From: Myxococcota bacterium
GTDB lineage: Bacteria > Myxococcota_A > Polyangia > Nannocystales > Nannocystaceae
Assembly: GCA_039028615.1 (NCBI GenBank)
Contig: JBCCHT010000018.1
Coordinates: 157,153 to 221,152 of the forward strand
Reading direction: 5' to 3'
DNA length: 64,000 nucleotides
Made by a program: the position numbers and the translations under genes. Positions 8,995 through 19,400 of the stretch are shown here, one piece after another (positions within the stretch are counted from its first letter, which is position 1; each line of letters opens with the position of its first letter). Under the pieces are notes generated by a model. The model was given only the letters and a program-made list of their open reading frames with translations, was not told where the DNA came from and did not search any database.

Positions 8995-10185
8995 ATGCAC
9001 GTAGCCCTCGACGCCAACGCCAACCCAACCCCCACATCCACGACCGCCACCCCCCAGCTCTTCCGCCACTGCAAACGCGAAGACTGGGGCATGGCGGTTT
9101 TGCTTTGGGAGCGAGAAGGAAAGCGCGGCTATCGATTCGAGGGCGGAGACGAGCGCACGTTCAAAGAGGGCTACTACCACTTCTTCCAGCCTACCGCGGC
9201 CATCGGCGACGCAGCCGAGCGCCTACTCGCTTCGCTCGCCGTCGAGGCCAAGGCCGATCCCGCCACCGCCCGCCGGGCCAAGCGAGCCGCCACCCCGACC
9301 CTGGTGGAGCTGATCGCGGTGTTCCACGAGGAGTACGCGGGAGGCTTTGGCGATGCCGCCTGGACGTCGAAGGTGCGAGGCGTGGGCGCCCGCCGTCGAG
9401 CGAAGAAGCATCGCGAGGCCGCGGTGGCACACGCGGCCGAGCTGCTGGCCAAAGAGGCGCTCGACGGGCTGCTGGCGAGCAACGACGCCGCGGCGGTGGT
9501 CGAGCGAGCGGTGACGGTGCTGAAGGCGACGGACCTGGTGACGAAGACGCAGCTGGCCGCGCTGGCCAGCGCGGCGCCGACGATGGGCCTGGCCAAGGCG
9601 CTGCGCGATCTGATGTACGAGCCGGACGTCGACGGGGCGCACTTCGATCGCCTGGCACGGATGCTGGGGCGCTCGCCCGAAGGCAAGGTCTCGTGGCCCC
9701 TGATGACGGCCCTGCGTGCCGTGGTCGATCCCGCGGGTGACGTGGTGGTGCGACCGTCGGTGTTCCGCGCGATGGCGGAGGTGGTGATGCCGAGCCTGTC
9801 ACGTCGCGTTCGGCCGCACGGCGGCTACTACAACCGCTACGTGGCGATGGTCCGCGACCTCCGAGATGCGCTGGTCGAGCGCGGCGAGGCCCCTCGCGAC
9901 TTGCTCGACGTGTACGACTTCATGTGGACGGTGTGTCGACCGGCGGCGGCCAAGGTCCTGGTGCGCGTGCGACAGCAGGCGGCACGAGAAGCGGCGGCCG
10001 AGACGACGCGCAACGCGGTGGCGACAGAGGTGAGCGGTGACCCGGTGCAGGCCCCGGTGATGATCAAGGCGGTCAGCGGGGTGATGGTCTCAGGCGAGCT
10101 CGAGACGACGACCGACGACTCGCCGTCGGCTCCCCTCGGCGTCGAGGGCGACGACTCGATCGCGACCGAAGCCGAGGCGGCCTAG
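8995..10185 (+). CDS. Hypothetical protein
   Basis: Long ORF with host-like codon pattern; SD AGGAG before ATG 8995; small beta-rich N-domain (HCKREDWGMAVLLWE) followed by a helical domain. Confidence 0.75.
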   Translation: MHVALDANANPTPTSTTATPQLFRHCKREDWGMAVLLWEREGKRGYRFEGGDERTFKEGYYHFFQPTAAIGDAAERLLASLAVEAKADPATARRAKRAATPTLVELIAVFHEEYAGGFGDAAWTSKVRGVGARRRAKKHREAAVAHAAELLAKEALDGLLASNDAAAVVERAVTVLKATDLVTKTQLAALASAAPTMGLAKALRDLMYEPDVDGAHFDRLARMLGRSPEGKVSWPLMTALRAVVDPAGDVVVRPSVFRAMAEVVMPSLSRRVRPHGGYYNRYVAMVRDLRDALVERGEAPRDLLDVYDFMWTVCRPAAAKVLVRVRQQAAREAAAETTRNAVATEVSGDPVQAPVMIKAVSGVMVSGELETTTDDSPSAPLGVEGDDSIATEAEAA

Positions 10186-10206
10186 TCTCGTCGCAGTCCG
10201 AGTCGG

Positions 10207-10941
10207 CTACCGTCGGCGGGTGAACTTGCCGAACTTGATGCCGACGACGCCGGAGAACCCATCGTAGTTGTTGGTGATGGCGGTGTCGTAACCGATGACC
10301 CAGGTGTAGTGAGCTCCGAAGTAGGGGCGGAGGTAGGGAGCCCGTCGCGGGGTCCAGGCCAAGCGGACGCCGGCGTCGACCACCAGGTTGGTCGCGTCGG
10401 CGTCTCTGCCGTCGAGCAGCTCGTCTTCCCACTCGCTGACGCGACGATCGTCGGGGACCTCGCGGTCCTCTCCGCTGAGGTAGAAGCCGAAGCCTCCGTA
10501 GCCGAGGGTGACGGGGAGCTCGAGGCTCAGCGGCACGCGACGAAAGTCGTGATAGGGCGCGATGAGCAGGCCGATGACGGAGCCGTCGCTGCGAAGATCG
10601 ATGCTGCCTTGCCCCCGATAGGTCTGGCCATCGGGCAGATCGAGCCGGAAGGTCCGCGGGTTGATGGGGCCGGGACGAGCGAAGCCGGCGAGGCCGATGG
10701 CGAGGTGATCGAAGAAGGTCGCACCCGCCTGAAAGCCGGGCCCATGACTGAGGTGGCCGGCCATGCCCAGGACGCGCCAGTCGACGGCGACGAAGCCACC
10801 GATGCGATCGCGCCTCCGAGGGGGTGTCTCGGCTTCGGTCGGTGTCTCGGGCGAGGGCTGAGAGTCGGTGGAAGGCTCGGCGCTCGAGCTCGGCGCGGTG
10901 ACGAGGGCGGCGGCGAGAGTGAAGGTCGTGGGAATGAGCAT
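10207..10941 (-). CDS. Secreted hypothetical protein, likely outer-membrane beta-barrel
   Basis: Signal peptide, Pro/Ser linker, amphipathic Gly/aromatic strands, terminal GIKFGKF strand. Confidence 0.65.
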   Translation of the reverse strand: MLIPTTFTLAAALVTAPSSSAEPSTDSQPSPETPTEAETPPRRRDRIGGFVAVDWRVLGMAGHLSHGPGFQAGATFFDHLAIGLAGFARPGPINPRTFRLDLPDGQTYRGQGSIDLRSDGSVIGLLIAPYHDFRRVPLSLELPVTLGYGGFGFYLSGEDREVPDDRRVSEWEDELLDGRDADATNLVVDAGVRLAWTPRRAPYLRPYFGAHYTWVIGYDTAITNNYDGFSGVVGIKFGKFTRRR

Positions 10942-10954
10942 CGGTTCGATCTCC

Positions 10955-11710
10955 TTAGAAGGCTCGCCACTGCCGGGCGCTGGTGCCGAAGACGACGCGG
11001 AGACCGGTGGTGCCGCGCACGAGGAACTTGCCGCCGTCGCCGTTGGAGCCGAACACGCCGCCGGCTTCGAGGGTGGCGAACCAGCTCATGCGGTCTCCGA
11101 TGGGCACGACGGGCCCGGTCACGAGCAAGGTGCCGATCTTGCTGATGTCGACGATGGGATCGACCTGCACGCCGAGCGGAGTGTCGATGCCCGCGACCCA
11201 GGTGAGGCGCGGCGAGGCGTGGATGTAGGCGAAGACCCCGGCGTCGGCGGTGATCGACAGGCCTTGGCTCGGGGTGCGCGGCGTGGGCCCCTCGGTGAGG
11301 CTCCGGGTGAAGTAGACGCCCGGGGCAAAGGTGAGAGCCATCGTCAGTCGACGCGAGCGATGGACGGGGAAGAACAGCGGCGCTCGAGCGGCGAGCACCA
11401 CGTTGTCCTCCGTGGCGTAGCCGCCGATCACGGCGTCCGGCGTAAAGACGCCCTCGACCTCGACGCCGACGCCGATCCCGTGCCGCAGCCGTCGTCGAAA
11501 ACCGAGCAAGCCGCCGTAGCCGGTGTTGCCGGTTCGAAGCGCGAAGGTCAGGGCGTGCGCGCGACCCTCTCCGGCGTCGGACTGGGCGCGCTCGGTCTCC
11601 GGCTCGAACTCGGCCACGGAGGGCTCTTGGGCGCGCGCGGTGGCCGGGAGCGCCACCCCCAGGCATGCGGAGGCCACTCCCGCGAGCAGCGCGAATCTTT
11701 TTTCCAGCAC
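10955..11710 (-). CDS. Secreted hypothetical protein, likely outer-membrane beta-barrel
   Basis: GTG start (MLEKRFALLAGVASACLGVALPATARA signal); amphipathic strands; ends GLRVVFG…F. Confidence 0.6.
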   Translation of the reverse strand: MLEKRFALLAGVASACLGVALPATARAQEPSVAEFEPETERAQSDAGEGRAHALTFALRTGNTGYGGLLGFRRRLRHGIGVGVEVEGVFTPDAVIGGYATEDNVVLAARAPLFFPVHRSRRLTMALTFAPGVYFTRSLTEGPTPRTPSQGLSITADAGVFAYIHASPRLTWVAGIDTPLGVQVDPIVDISKIGTLLVTGPVVPIGDRMSWFATLEAGGVFGSNGDGGKFLVRGTTGLRVVFGTSARQWRAF

Positions 11711-11791
11711 ACCCGCAGCCTGAGGCCCTGGCCGGTGTTCTACCGCTGAATGTCTGGAATACGCCCCATGACGATTTATAATGGGGGTCCG

Positions 11792-12703
11792 ATGCAGGGT
11801 CTGATCGGGCTGGATCTCAACTTGCTGCTGGCCCTGGAGATGCTGCTGGAAGAGGGCAGCGTGACGGGGGCCGCCCGCCGTTTGGGGGTGACCCAGCCCG
11901 CGGTCTCCCACAAGCTCCGACGCCTCCGCGAGGCGCTGAACGACGAGCTGTTCGTGGCTGGCCCGCGGGGGCTGGTGCCCACCGAGCGGGCTCGCGCGAT
12001 CGCGGGACCGCTACGGCAGGCGCTCGAGCAGCTGGTGACGACGCTCGCCGACGAAGAGCCCTTCGATCCGCGACACTCCGAGTACGAGTACGTGGTCACG
12101 GGCGCCGACTTGTTCGAGCTGGTCGGTCTGCCCTACGTGCTGGACTTCGTCGCCGAGGAGGCGCCCGGGATCACGGTGACGGTGGTGCGTCGCCGCGTGG
12201 ACATGTATCAGCGGATGGAACGCGGCGAGATCCACTTCGCGTTCGGGCACGAGTTTCCCAGTCGAGCGGGGCTGCGGCAGGTGAAGCTCTTCGACGAGCC
12301 CTTCGTGGTGATGGGACGACCCGAGCACCCGGCGTTTCGCGGCCCCCTGACCCTCGAGAAGTACCTCGCGGCGGACCACGTGTTGGTGGCACCCGAGGGG
12401 GCGCCGGGTGGATTCGTCGACGATGCGCTGGAGAAGCAAGGCCTGACGCGGCGCGTGGCGGTTCGCGTGGCTCACTTCGCCCCCGCGCCGCACTTGGTGG
12501 CCCGCCGCGATCTGCTGCTGACGGGCCCGGAGAGCCTCGGCATCGAGTCGGCGAAGACTCTGCCCATCGAGCTGCGACCGGTGCCGATCGAGCTGCCGCG
12601 TACGCCGTCGTACTTGGGCTGGCACGAGCGCTTCGAACGCGATCCTGCCCATCGCTGGTTCCGGCAGCAGACGCAGCGCTTTACCAAGCAGCGCTGGCTC
12701 TGA
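11792..12703 (+). CDS. LysR-family regulator (NodD/DntR-like)
   Basis: LDLNLLLALEMLLEEGSVTGAARRLGVTQPAVSHKLRRLR HTH; C-terminal WH…DPAHRWFR. Confidence 0.93.
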   Translation: MQGLIGLDLNLLLALEMLLEEGSVTGAARRLGVTQPAVSHKLRRLREALNDELFVAGPRGLVPTERARAIAGPLRQALEQLVTTLADEEPFDPRHSEYEYVVTGADLFELVGLPYVLDFVAEEAPGITVTVVRRRVDMYQRMERGEIHFAFGHEFPSRAGLRQVKLFDEPFVVMGRPEHPAFRGPLTLEKYLAADHVLVAPEGAPGGFVDDALEKQGLTRRVAVRVAHFAPAPHLVARRDLLLTGPESLGIESAKTLPIELRPVPIELPRTPSYLGWHERFERDPAHRWFRQQTQRFTKQRWL

Positions 12704-12717
12704 CGCGGGGCGTCGAG

Positions 12718-13323
12718 CTAGCGCTCGGGCACGCAGATGCGCACGAGCCCGTCGTTGCCGTAGTCCTCGAGATCGGGCGCGCGGTAGATGCCGTGGCTGC
12801 CGGTCTCGAGGCACTCGTAGCCGGCACGACAGTCGCTGGCGCGGCTGCACTTGCGGCGGCAGCTGGTGCGGGCGGTGACCTCGTCGGCGCACAGGCCCTC
12901 GGGGAGGCAGACTTCGTTGGAGCCGCAGTCGTTGCGGGGCGGGCAGGTGAACACGCCCGACTCGGTGCTCGCCACACAGCCCTGGGACTCGCAGGTGGCC
13001 GCGTCGCCTTCACAGAAGGTGGCGAGATCTTCCCGCTCGGGGCTGCAGGCGATGGTGAGAAAGTCGGTGCCGTAGACCTTGATGCAGGCGGCCTCGGCGG
13101 GGCAGGTGCCGCGCCCACATCCGTCGATGGTGCACTCGCCTTCGCCCGCGGGGGTCACGACCCCGAAGTCGTTGACCCGGTGGGAGAGGTCGCAGATCCG
13201 CTCGCCCCGGATGCTGCAATCGGTGCTGCGCTCGCAGGCATCGCCGATCTGCGCCTGGCAGGCGGCCAGCGCAAAGAGCGCGAAAACGAGAGAGGCACGG
13301 CGGCGCATGAGCGCGCGGAGCAT
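12718..13323 (-). CDS. Cysteine-rich lipoprotein
   Basis: Lipobox LAAC followed by many spaced Cys; start uncertain (13308-13347). Confidence 0.75.
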   Translation of the reverse strand: MLRALMRRRASLVFALFALAACQAQIGDACERSTDCSIRGERICDLSHRVNDFGVVTPAGEGECTIDGCGRGTCPAEAACIKVYGTDFLTIACSPEREDLATFCEGDAATCESQGCVASTESGVFTCPPRNDCGSNEVCLPEGLCADEVTARTSCRRKCSRASDCRAGYECLETGSHGIYRAPDLEDYGNDGLVRICVPER

Positions 13324-13389
13324 ACACTCCCGGGCCCATCGGGGCACGAAGGCTGGGATGAGCCGATCTGTCGTGATCTAGGGCGATTC

Positions 13390-15375
13390 GTGGCAGGCTG
13401 GTCCGCGGTGCGTAGCCCGCTCGATGAAGTCCTCGAAGCGCTCCAGGCCCTGCTGGACGCGCAAGGCGAGGCCCCGGTGCCCAGCGCAGCGGGCGAGGGC
13501 AACTTCCGGTGCGAAAACTGCGTCGACTGTGCCATGTGCCGGTTCTGTAGCGACTGCAGCGCGTGCGAGGACTGCACCTATTGCGAGCGCTGCGACGGCT
13601 GCAACGGGTGCACGCACTGCCAAGACTGTGAGCGGTGCACCGCGTGCACGCACAGTCGGTGGTCGGCGGGCTGCACCGAGTCGTCGTACGTGACGCTGTG
13701 TCTCGATTGCGACAACTGTGTGCAGTGCTTCGCGTGCGTGGGGCTGTCGGGCGGGGAGTTTTGCATCCTCAACGAGAAGCTGCCGCGCAAGGCGTACTTC
13801 AGCCGGGTCGCGACGCTCCGGGCCGCGCTGGAAGAGCGCATGAGCCGAGGCTGGCAGCCGCCGTGGACCGCGGCGCCCGAGCCCGAGCCGGAGCCCGAAC
13901 CCGAGGTGGAGCCCGAGCCGGAGCCCGAGTACGCGGAGGCCCCCGATGCGGATGCCTTGGCGGTGGAAGTGCCGGCCCACGGCGGGGAGCCGGCGTCGCC
14001 TCCCATGACCGACCTGGCCGGGCCTCGTCCCGGTCGCGGGGACGTCACCATCGACACGGGACACCCCGCGGAGAACCCGGCGTCACCGCCGGTCGAGACG
14101 CCGCCGTGGACCTTCCCGGATCCTCGGGGGTCGCGACGCGAGCCGAGCCACGACGAGGATGCCCGCGCGGAGCGAGTCGCGGCCGAGCGATTGCCCGAGC
14201 CGCCGCCCTACGGCACGGGTCCGGTGGCGGAGGAGGGCTCGGTGCCGCCGCTCGATCGAGAGGCCCGCGGCGTCGACGAGTCGGGCGCGCTGAACGAGCG
14301 CCCGCGCGATCGCTACGGCTGGTCGGCGCAGGCAGAGGACACCGCGTCGAGCGTGGACTGGCCGCGACCCGAAGGCACGTCGTCGCGACGGGCGGGCCAC
14401 CGAGCGATTCCCGAGCGCCGCGCCCGGGGACCTCGCAGCGACCTCGGCAGTGATTCGCGGGCACGGTCCGACCAGCGGATGCGAGACACTCGCGATGGGC
14501 TATCGCCCGCGGAGTATCGCGGGCTGGCGAGCGAGCCGGTGGGGAAACGATCCGAGCGCGGCCTGGGAGGCGAGCGTCGCGGGTACCGATCGGAGCGAAG
14601 CTACGACGAGCCACGGCGGCCACGACCGGAGCGGCGCAGCCTGGCCACGCGCGACGAGGCGGCGCCGCGGGAGCGCGAGCCGCTGGTCGACCCGGGTCGC
14701 GAGGCACGGGCCGAGCTCGACTGGCCCTCGCCACCGCCGTCGTCGCGGCTGGATGACGATCGCGCCCAGGACCTCAAGTGGCGTCGCCGAGAGACCGCCG
14801 CCAGTCCGCTCCCCCCCGAGTCCGATCCCGACGAGCTGCTCGAAGGCCTCGAGGTCGATCCTCGCCCGGCCTCCCCGCGGGGACTCGACGCGTGGTCGCC
14901 CTACGACCAAGCCCGCCGAGCCGAGCTGGGCCCCGATGAGCAGACGGAGCCGGACGCTCCCGTCGCGCGTCGAGGCCAGGCGCGGGCGGAGATCAGCGGC
15001 GCGGCCAGTGCTTCGCCGCAAGCCGAGCCGGACGAGGCCGATGCGGGCACCTCGAACCCACCGCCGCGGGAGTCCACGCTGTGGGACGAGCCGCCCGGAG
15101 CGTCGGGTCCGGCCGAGCCGCGTGCGACGGGGACATCGGGCTTGGGCCGAGGCCGTCGACCCGAGCGCCCGCGGCCCCCGGAGAACACCCGGGGAGGTGG
15201 GCTGAGACGAGGCCGGGCGCCCGCGCGTCCCCAACCGGCACCCCCGCGCCAGAACGACGCCCCTTCGCTCCGTCGCGCCCGTCGACCGGTTCGCAGCAAA
15301 GAGGACGTGCAGACCTCGCCGTATCCGTCTCCCGAGGGCTCGAGCCCCGACGCGGAGTCCGAGTCCTCGACCTGA
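13390..15375 (+). CDS. CxxC-repeat protein with a long disordered Pro/Arg/Glu tail
   Basis: CENCVDCAMCRFCSDCSACEDCTYCERCDGCNGCTHCQDCERCTACTH…CLDCDNCVQCFACVGL, then PEPEPE and about 500 aa of low complexity. Start moved past the divergent gene (GTG 13390 or 13408). Confidence 0.7.
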   Translation: MAGWSAVRSPLDEVLEALQALLDAQGEAPVPSAAGEGNFRCENCVDCAMCRFCSDCSACEDCTYCERCDGCNGCTHCQDCERCTACTHSRWSAGCTESSYVTLCLDCDNCVQCFACVGLSGGEFCILNEKLPRKAYFSRVATLRAALEERMSRGWQPPWTAAPEPEPEPEPEVEPEPEPEYAEAPDADALAVEVPAHGGEPASPPMTDLAGPRPGRGDVTIDTGHPAENPASPPVETPPWTFPDPRGSRREPSHDEDARAERVAAERLPEPPPYGTGPVAEEGSVPPLDREARGVDESGALNERPRDRYGWSAQAEDTASSVDWPRPEGTSSRRAGHRAIPERRARGPRSDLGSDSRARSDQRMRDTRDGLSPAEYRGLASEPVGKRSERGLGGERRGYRSERSYDEPRRPRPERRSLATRDEAAPREREPLVDPGREARAELDWPSPPPSSRLDDDRAQDLKWRRRETAASPLPPESDPDELLEGLEVDPRPASPRGLDAWSPYDQARRAELGPDEQTEPDAPVARRGQARAEISGAASASPQAEPDEADAGTSNPPPRESTLWDEPPGASGPAEPRATGTSGLGRGRRPERPRPPENTRGGGLRRGRAPARPQPAPPRQNDAPSLRRARRPVRSKEDVQTSPYPSPEGSSPDAESESST

Positions 15376-15435
15376 TCCGACGGATCGGATCGCGCCGGGG
15401 GCGGCCACGGCCTGAAATGTGGTAAGCGCCGGCTC

Positions 15436-16260
15436 ATGTCCGAGACGGAGCAACGCCTGGTCATCGTCGGTTGCGGCACCATGGGGGAGGCCATCCTCGG
15501 CGGGCTCTTCCGCGCGGGACGGATTCGGCCCGAGCAGGTGATCGTCACCGCCCGTCGCGAGGAAGAGGCGCAGCGGCTCCACGAGGCGCACGGCGTCACC
15601 GCGCTCACGGACAACCTCGAGGCGTGTCGCCAGGCCACGGTGGCGCTGGTGGCTCTCAAGCCGCAGCGCATGGCCAAGGTGCTCGACAACCCGCCGATGC
15701 GCGAGGCGTTGGAGGGCACGCCCGTGATCAGCGTCGCCGCGGGGATCGCCGTGTCGACCCTCCAGGGCTGGCTGCCCCAGTCACCGATCATCCGGGCCAT
15801 GCCCAACACGCCGTGCCTGATCGGCGAGGGCATGACGGTGCTCGCCGCGGGCGAGGGGGTGACCAAGGAGCAGCGCGCCTACGCGCGAGGCGTGTTCGAG
15901 GCGGTGGGTCGCTGCGTCGAGCTCGAGGACAAGCACATGGACGCGGTCACCAGCCTCAACGGCAGCGGGCCCGCCTTCGCCTACGTCATCCTCGAGGCCT
16001 TTGCCGACGGCGGGGTCATGATGGGCCTGCCGCGCGACGTCGCCCTGCAGATCGCCGCCCAGGTGCTCCAGGGCTCGGCCCGCATGGTGCTCGACACCGG
16101 CTTCCATCCCGCCGCCCTCAAGGACCAAGTGACCACGCCCGCCGGTTGCACCATCGCGGGGCTGTTGACGATGGAAGACGGCCGCATTCGTTCGGTGCTG
16201 GCGCGCTCGATCCAAGAGGCCACGAAGGTCGCGGGCGGGCTCGGCAACGAAGGCAAGTAG
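15436..16260 (+). CDS. proC: Pyrroline-5-carboxylate reductase
   Basis: GCGTMG, VISVAAG, RAMPNTP, GSGPAF, LKDQVTTPAGCT. Confidence 0.96.
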   Translation: MSETEQRLVIVGCGTMGEAILGGLFRAGRIRPEQVIVTARREEEAQRLHEAHGVTALTDNLEACRQATVALVALKPQRMAKVLDNPPMREALEGTPVISVAAGIAVSTLQGWLPQSPIIRAMPNTPCLIGEGMTVLAAGEGVTKEQRAYARGVFEAVGRCVELEDKHMDAVTSLNGSGPAFAYVILEAFADGGVMMGLPRDVALQIAAQVLQGSARMVLDTGFHPAALKDQVTTPAGCTIAGLLTMEDGRIRSVLARSIQEATKVAGGLGNEGK

Positions 16261-16419
16261 CGACGACGGGCGGCGTTACGACCGCCCGATCGAACGGACA
16301 GTCGTTCGCTCCGTAACGGGCCGGATCCAGGTCACTACGGCCGATGGGCCGTCGATTTCTGTCGGGGATTCCAAGTCCCCATCCTGCGATCCACCTGCTA
16401 CGTTTGATCGTTCGGTTCG

Positions 16420-19400
16420 ATGGAAAAGACGGCTCGATTCTCGGGGCGGCTGCTCGCAGCTGGTCTGTTGACCCTATGTGGATGTCACGACGATCCGCGG
16501 AGCGGCAATTTGCCCGGCTCCGTGTTGGTGGTGATGCCCGACGACACCGACGCGCTGGGTGAACGGCTGGCGGGCGAGACGGCGGACTACCTGGCCAAGG
16601 TCAGCGACCGCCCGGTGATCACGGTGCCGGTCGCCGACGCGTCGTTCGATCGCCTGGCCGACATCGAGAAGCTCGCCGCCCATCATCGGGCCGGGTTGGT
16701 GGTGGTGCTCGAGGCCGATCGCCTCGCCACCGAGCAAGTCGACGCCGAGCGGATGGCTGGGCTCGGCGACTGGGGCTTTGCCCTCGAGACCCACGAGGTC
16801 GGCAGCTGGACCAATCGGCTCGAGGACGACGAGCCCGGGGCCACGGTGGTGCTGACGGCGGGGCCGAGCGCGCTGCCCCGGCAGTACGCTGCCTACGAGC
16901 TGCTGCGGCGCCTCGGCGTACGGTTCTTCCATCCCGAGCACGAGTACGTGCCCACCCACGAGTCGGCCGACCTCCGCGACCTGGCGCGGCGCCCCACCGC
17001 GCTGCATCGCGACGGTGACGACTATCGGCCCGACTTCGCCTGGCGCTCGTGGTCGTTCCACGGGGCGCACCCGCTCGAGCACCTCGAGGCGTTCTCCGAT
17101 CCCGAGCATCCCATCGACGAGGCGGTCGCGGTCAACGATTGGATCGTCAAGAACTTCGGCAATCGCTTCCGCGGGGCCGGGCGGGGGGCGGTGCCCGAAG
17201 AGGCTCGGCAGCGGCGGGTCGAAGAACTCGAGCAGTGGCGAACCACGCTGGGTTTTCCGCGAGGCACGGGCATCTCGCTGCACAACCTCCAGCAGGGGGC
17301 CAACGCCGAGATCGATCCCAACAGCGACGTGCCCGTGCGCGACCAGATCGAGTCTTTGGTCGGCCAGCGCCTGCGCGACCGCCCCGACGCGGAGTGGTTC
17401 GGCATCCACTTCGGCCCCACCGAGTTCACCACCACGCCCGGTCCCGAGACGGTGCAGTGGATCGACTGGGCGGGTCAGGCCGCGCTGCGCCTCAAGCCGG
17501 ACATCGCCGTCGAGATCAACAACCACATCACGGGTACGCAGCCGACCCCGGGCTTCGACGATCTCGGCTGTCCCAACGGCACCAACGACGACGGCGTCAT
17601 CGACTACTACGACCTGGCGTTCCACACCGATCCTCGCCTGGGGATCCGGGTGCACACCGTCATGTTCTATCCGCTCGAGGGGCCGGCCCGCGTCTACAAC
17701 CAACAGAGCTTCGCCCACAAAAAGTGCCTCATGGAGCGGGCGTCGGCCGAAGGCCGGCCCCTTCATTGGTTCCCCGAGGGCTCGTGGTGGCTGAGCTTCG
17801 ACAACTCGGTGCCCGCCTACCTGCCGCTGTACATGGCCACGCGGGCCCGCGACATCGAGCTTCTGCGTCCGCTGCTAAAGTCCCGGGGCGGCGGCACCGT
17901 CGACGAGCACCGCATGTTCAACAGCGGCCACGAGTGGGGCTACTGGCAGCAGGACTACGTGGTGGGGCTGATGGGCTGGAACGCCGACGTCACCCTGCCG
18001 CAGGTGCTCTCGGAGATCTTCGATCCGTTGTGCGAGCCCGCGGCCTGGCGAGAGGGTTGCGGAGCCAAGACCGAGGCCATCGCGGTGATGGACGAGGTCA
18101 TGGAGCACCAACGCGAGTTCTTCCTGACCCGCGAGGACTGGCAGGGCCGCCCCGGTGGGCTCTATGCGTACTTTGCTGGCGAAGACGAAGCCGACGAGAT
18201 CGCCGCGGCGAGCGGGCTCGAGTTCCGGCCCGTGCGGGTGTCGTTCTCCGAGGTCCTGACCTGGGATGCCGAGCAGCTCGAGCACTTCCGCCAGACCGAT
18301 CTGCAGGGGCTGCGCGACGCGGCGGCGGCCTACGAAGGCTGGCGGGCGCGACTCGAGGCGGTGCGCGCCCGCGTGCCCGAAGCGGGGCAGCCGTGGCTGG
18401 CCGAGGTCCTCGACGGCATCGAGATCGACGGGCTGCGGGCGGCTCAGACTGCGGGGCTGTACGAAGCCGTGCTCACCTATCGCGAGACCGAGCTCAGCGG
18501 CGAGGGGGACCCGGCTACCATTGCCTACCCCCACTGGTTTGGCGCGCTCGAGGTGCTCGCCCAGGCGCAGCGGGTCATCATGCGGCGCGAGTCCAGCTAT
18601 CGCTATCCCGCGGCGCAGACCCACGGCGGGGGGCTCACCGATGCCACCGCCGTCGACAACGGCACCACCTACCCCTATCGGGTTCACACGAAGACGCACC
18701 TGCTGACCTACTGGCTCAACCGCCACGCTCAGGTCACGCGCTTGCTGGTCGGTGAAGGCATCGGCGGTGATCCGGTGCAGCTCGAGCTGGCCGAGGCGCT
18801 CGACCACACCGGGGCGCCGCTGAAGCTCGAGTGGCCGACGCTCGAAGACCTCACCGGGGAAATCGAGATCGGCGAGCACCGGGTCGACCCCTCCATGCTC
18901 GAGCTCGACCTCGGCGGCACGCCCGGGTATTGGCCGGTCAGCGGTCAGCTCTCGTCCAACGGATCGCCCGTGGTCATCGATGCGGGCGGGGTCGTGCGCA
19001 GCGACGTGCTCGCCACCACTCCCGCGCAGGGCATGGCCGTACTCGTGCCCGACGATCCCGCCACCGAGGGCGTGCTCGCCAGCGTGTTGCCCTCCATGCG
19101 TTGGGCCTGGGTGCCCGAGCCGAGCGCGCTGGTCTTTGCCCCCGACGCCGACGGCGATGGTTCGGTGAGCTACGACTCGCTGGTCCACGCGGCCACCGCT
19201 TCGGGTGATGCCAGCGGGTTCTCCACCGAGCCGGTCGAGATCGCCTTGCCCGTCGCGCTCAGCTCCGGCGGCGAGACCCTGTACATCACCATCGCCGACG
19301 CCGAGCTCTCCGGGCGGATCGAAGGCGGCGTGCTCGCCGATCCGGTGACGCTCGACGGGCAGCTGTCGGTCGAGGACGTCGTTGCGGCCGCGATCGAGCT

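Noticed and set aside
12793..13389. N-terminal extension of the 860-aa ORF
   Set aside because: It is antisense to the Cys-rich lipoprotein gene; the real start is near 13390-13408.
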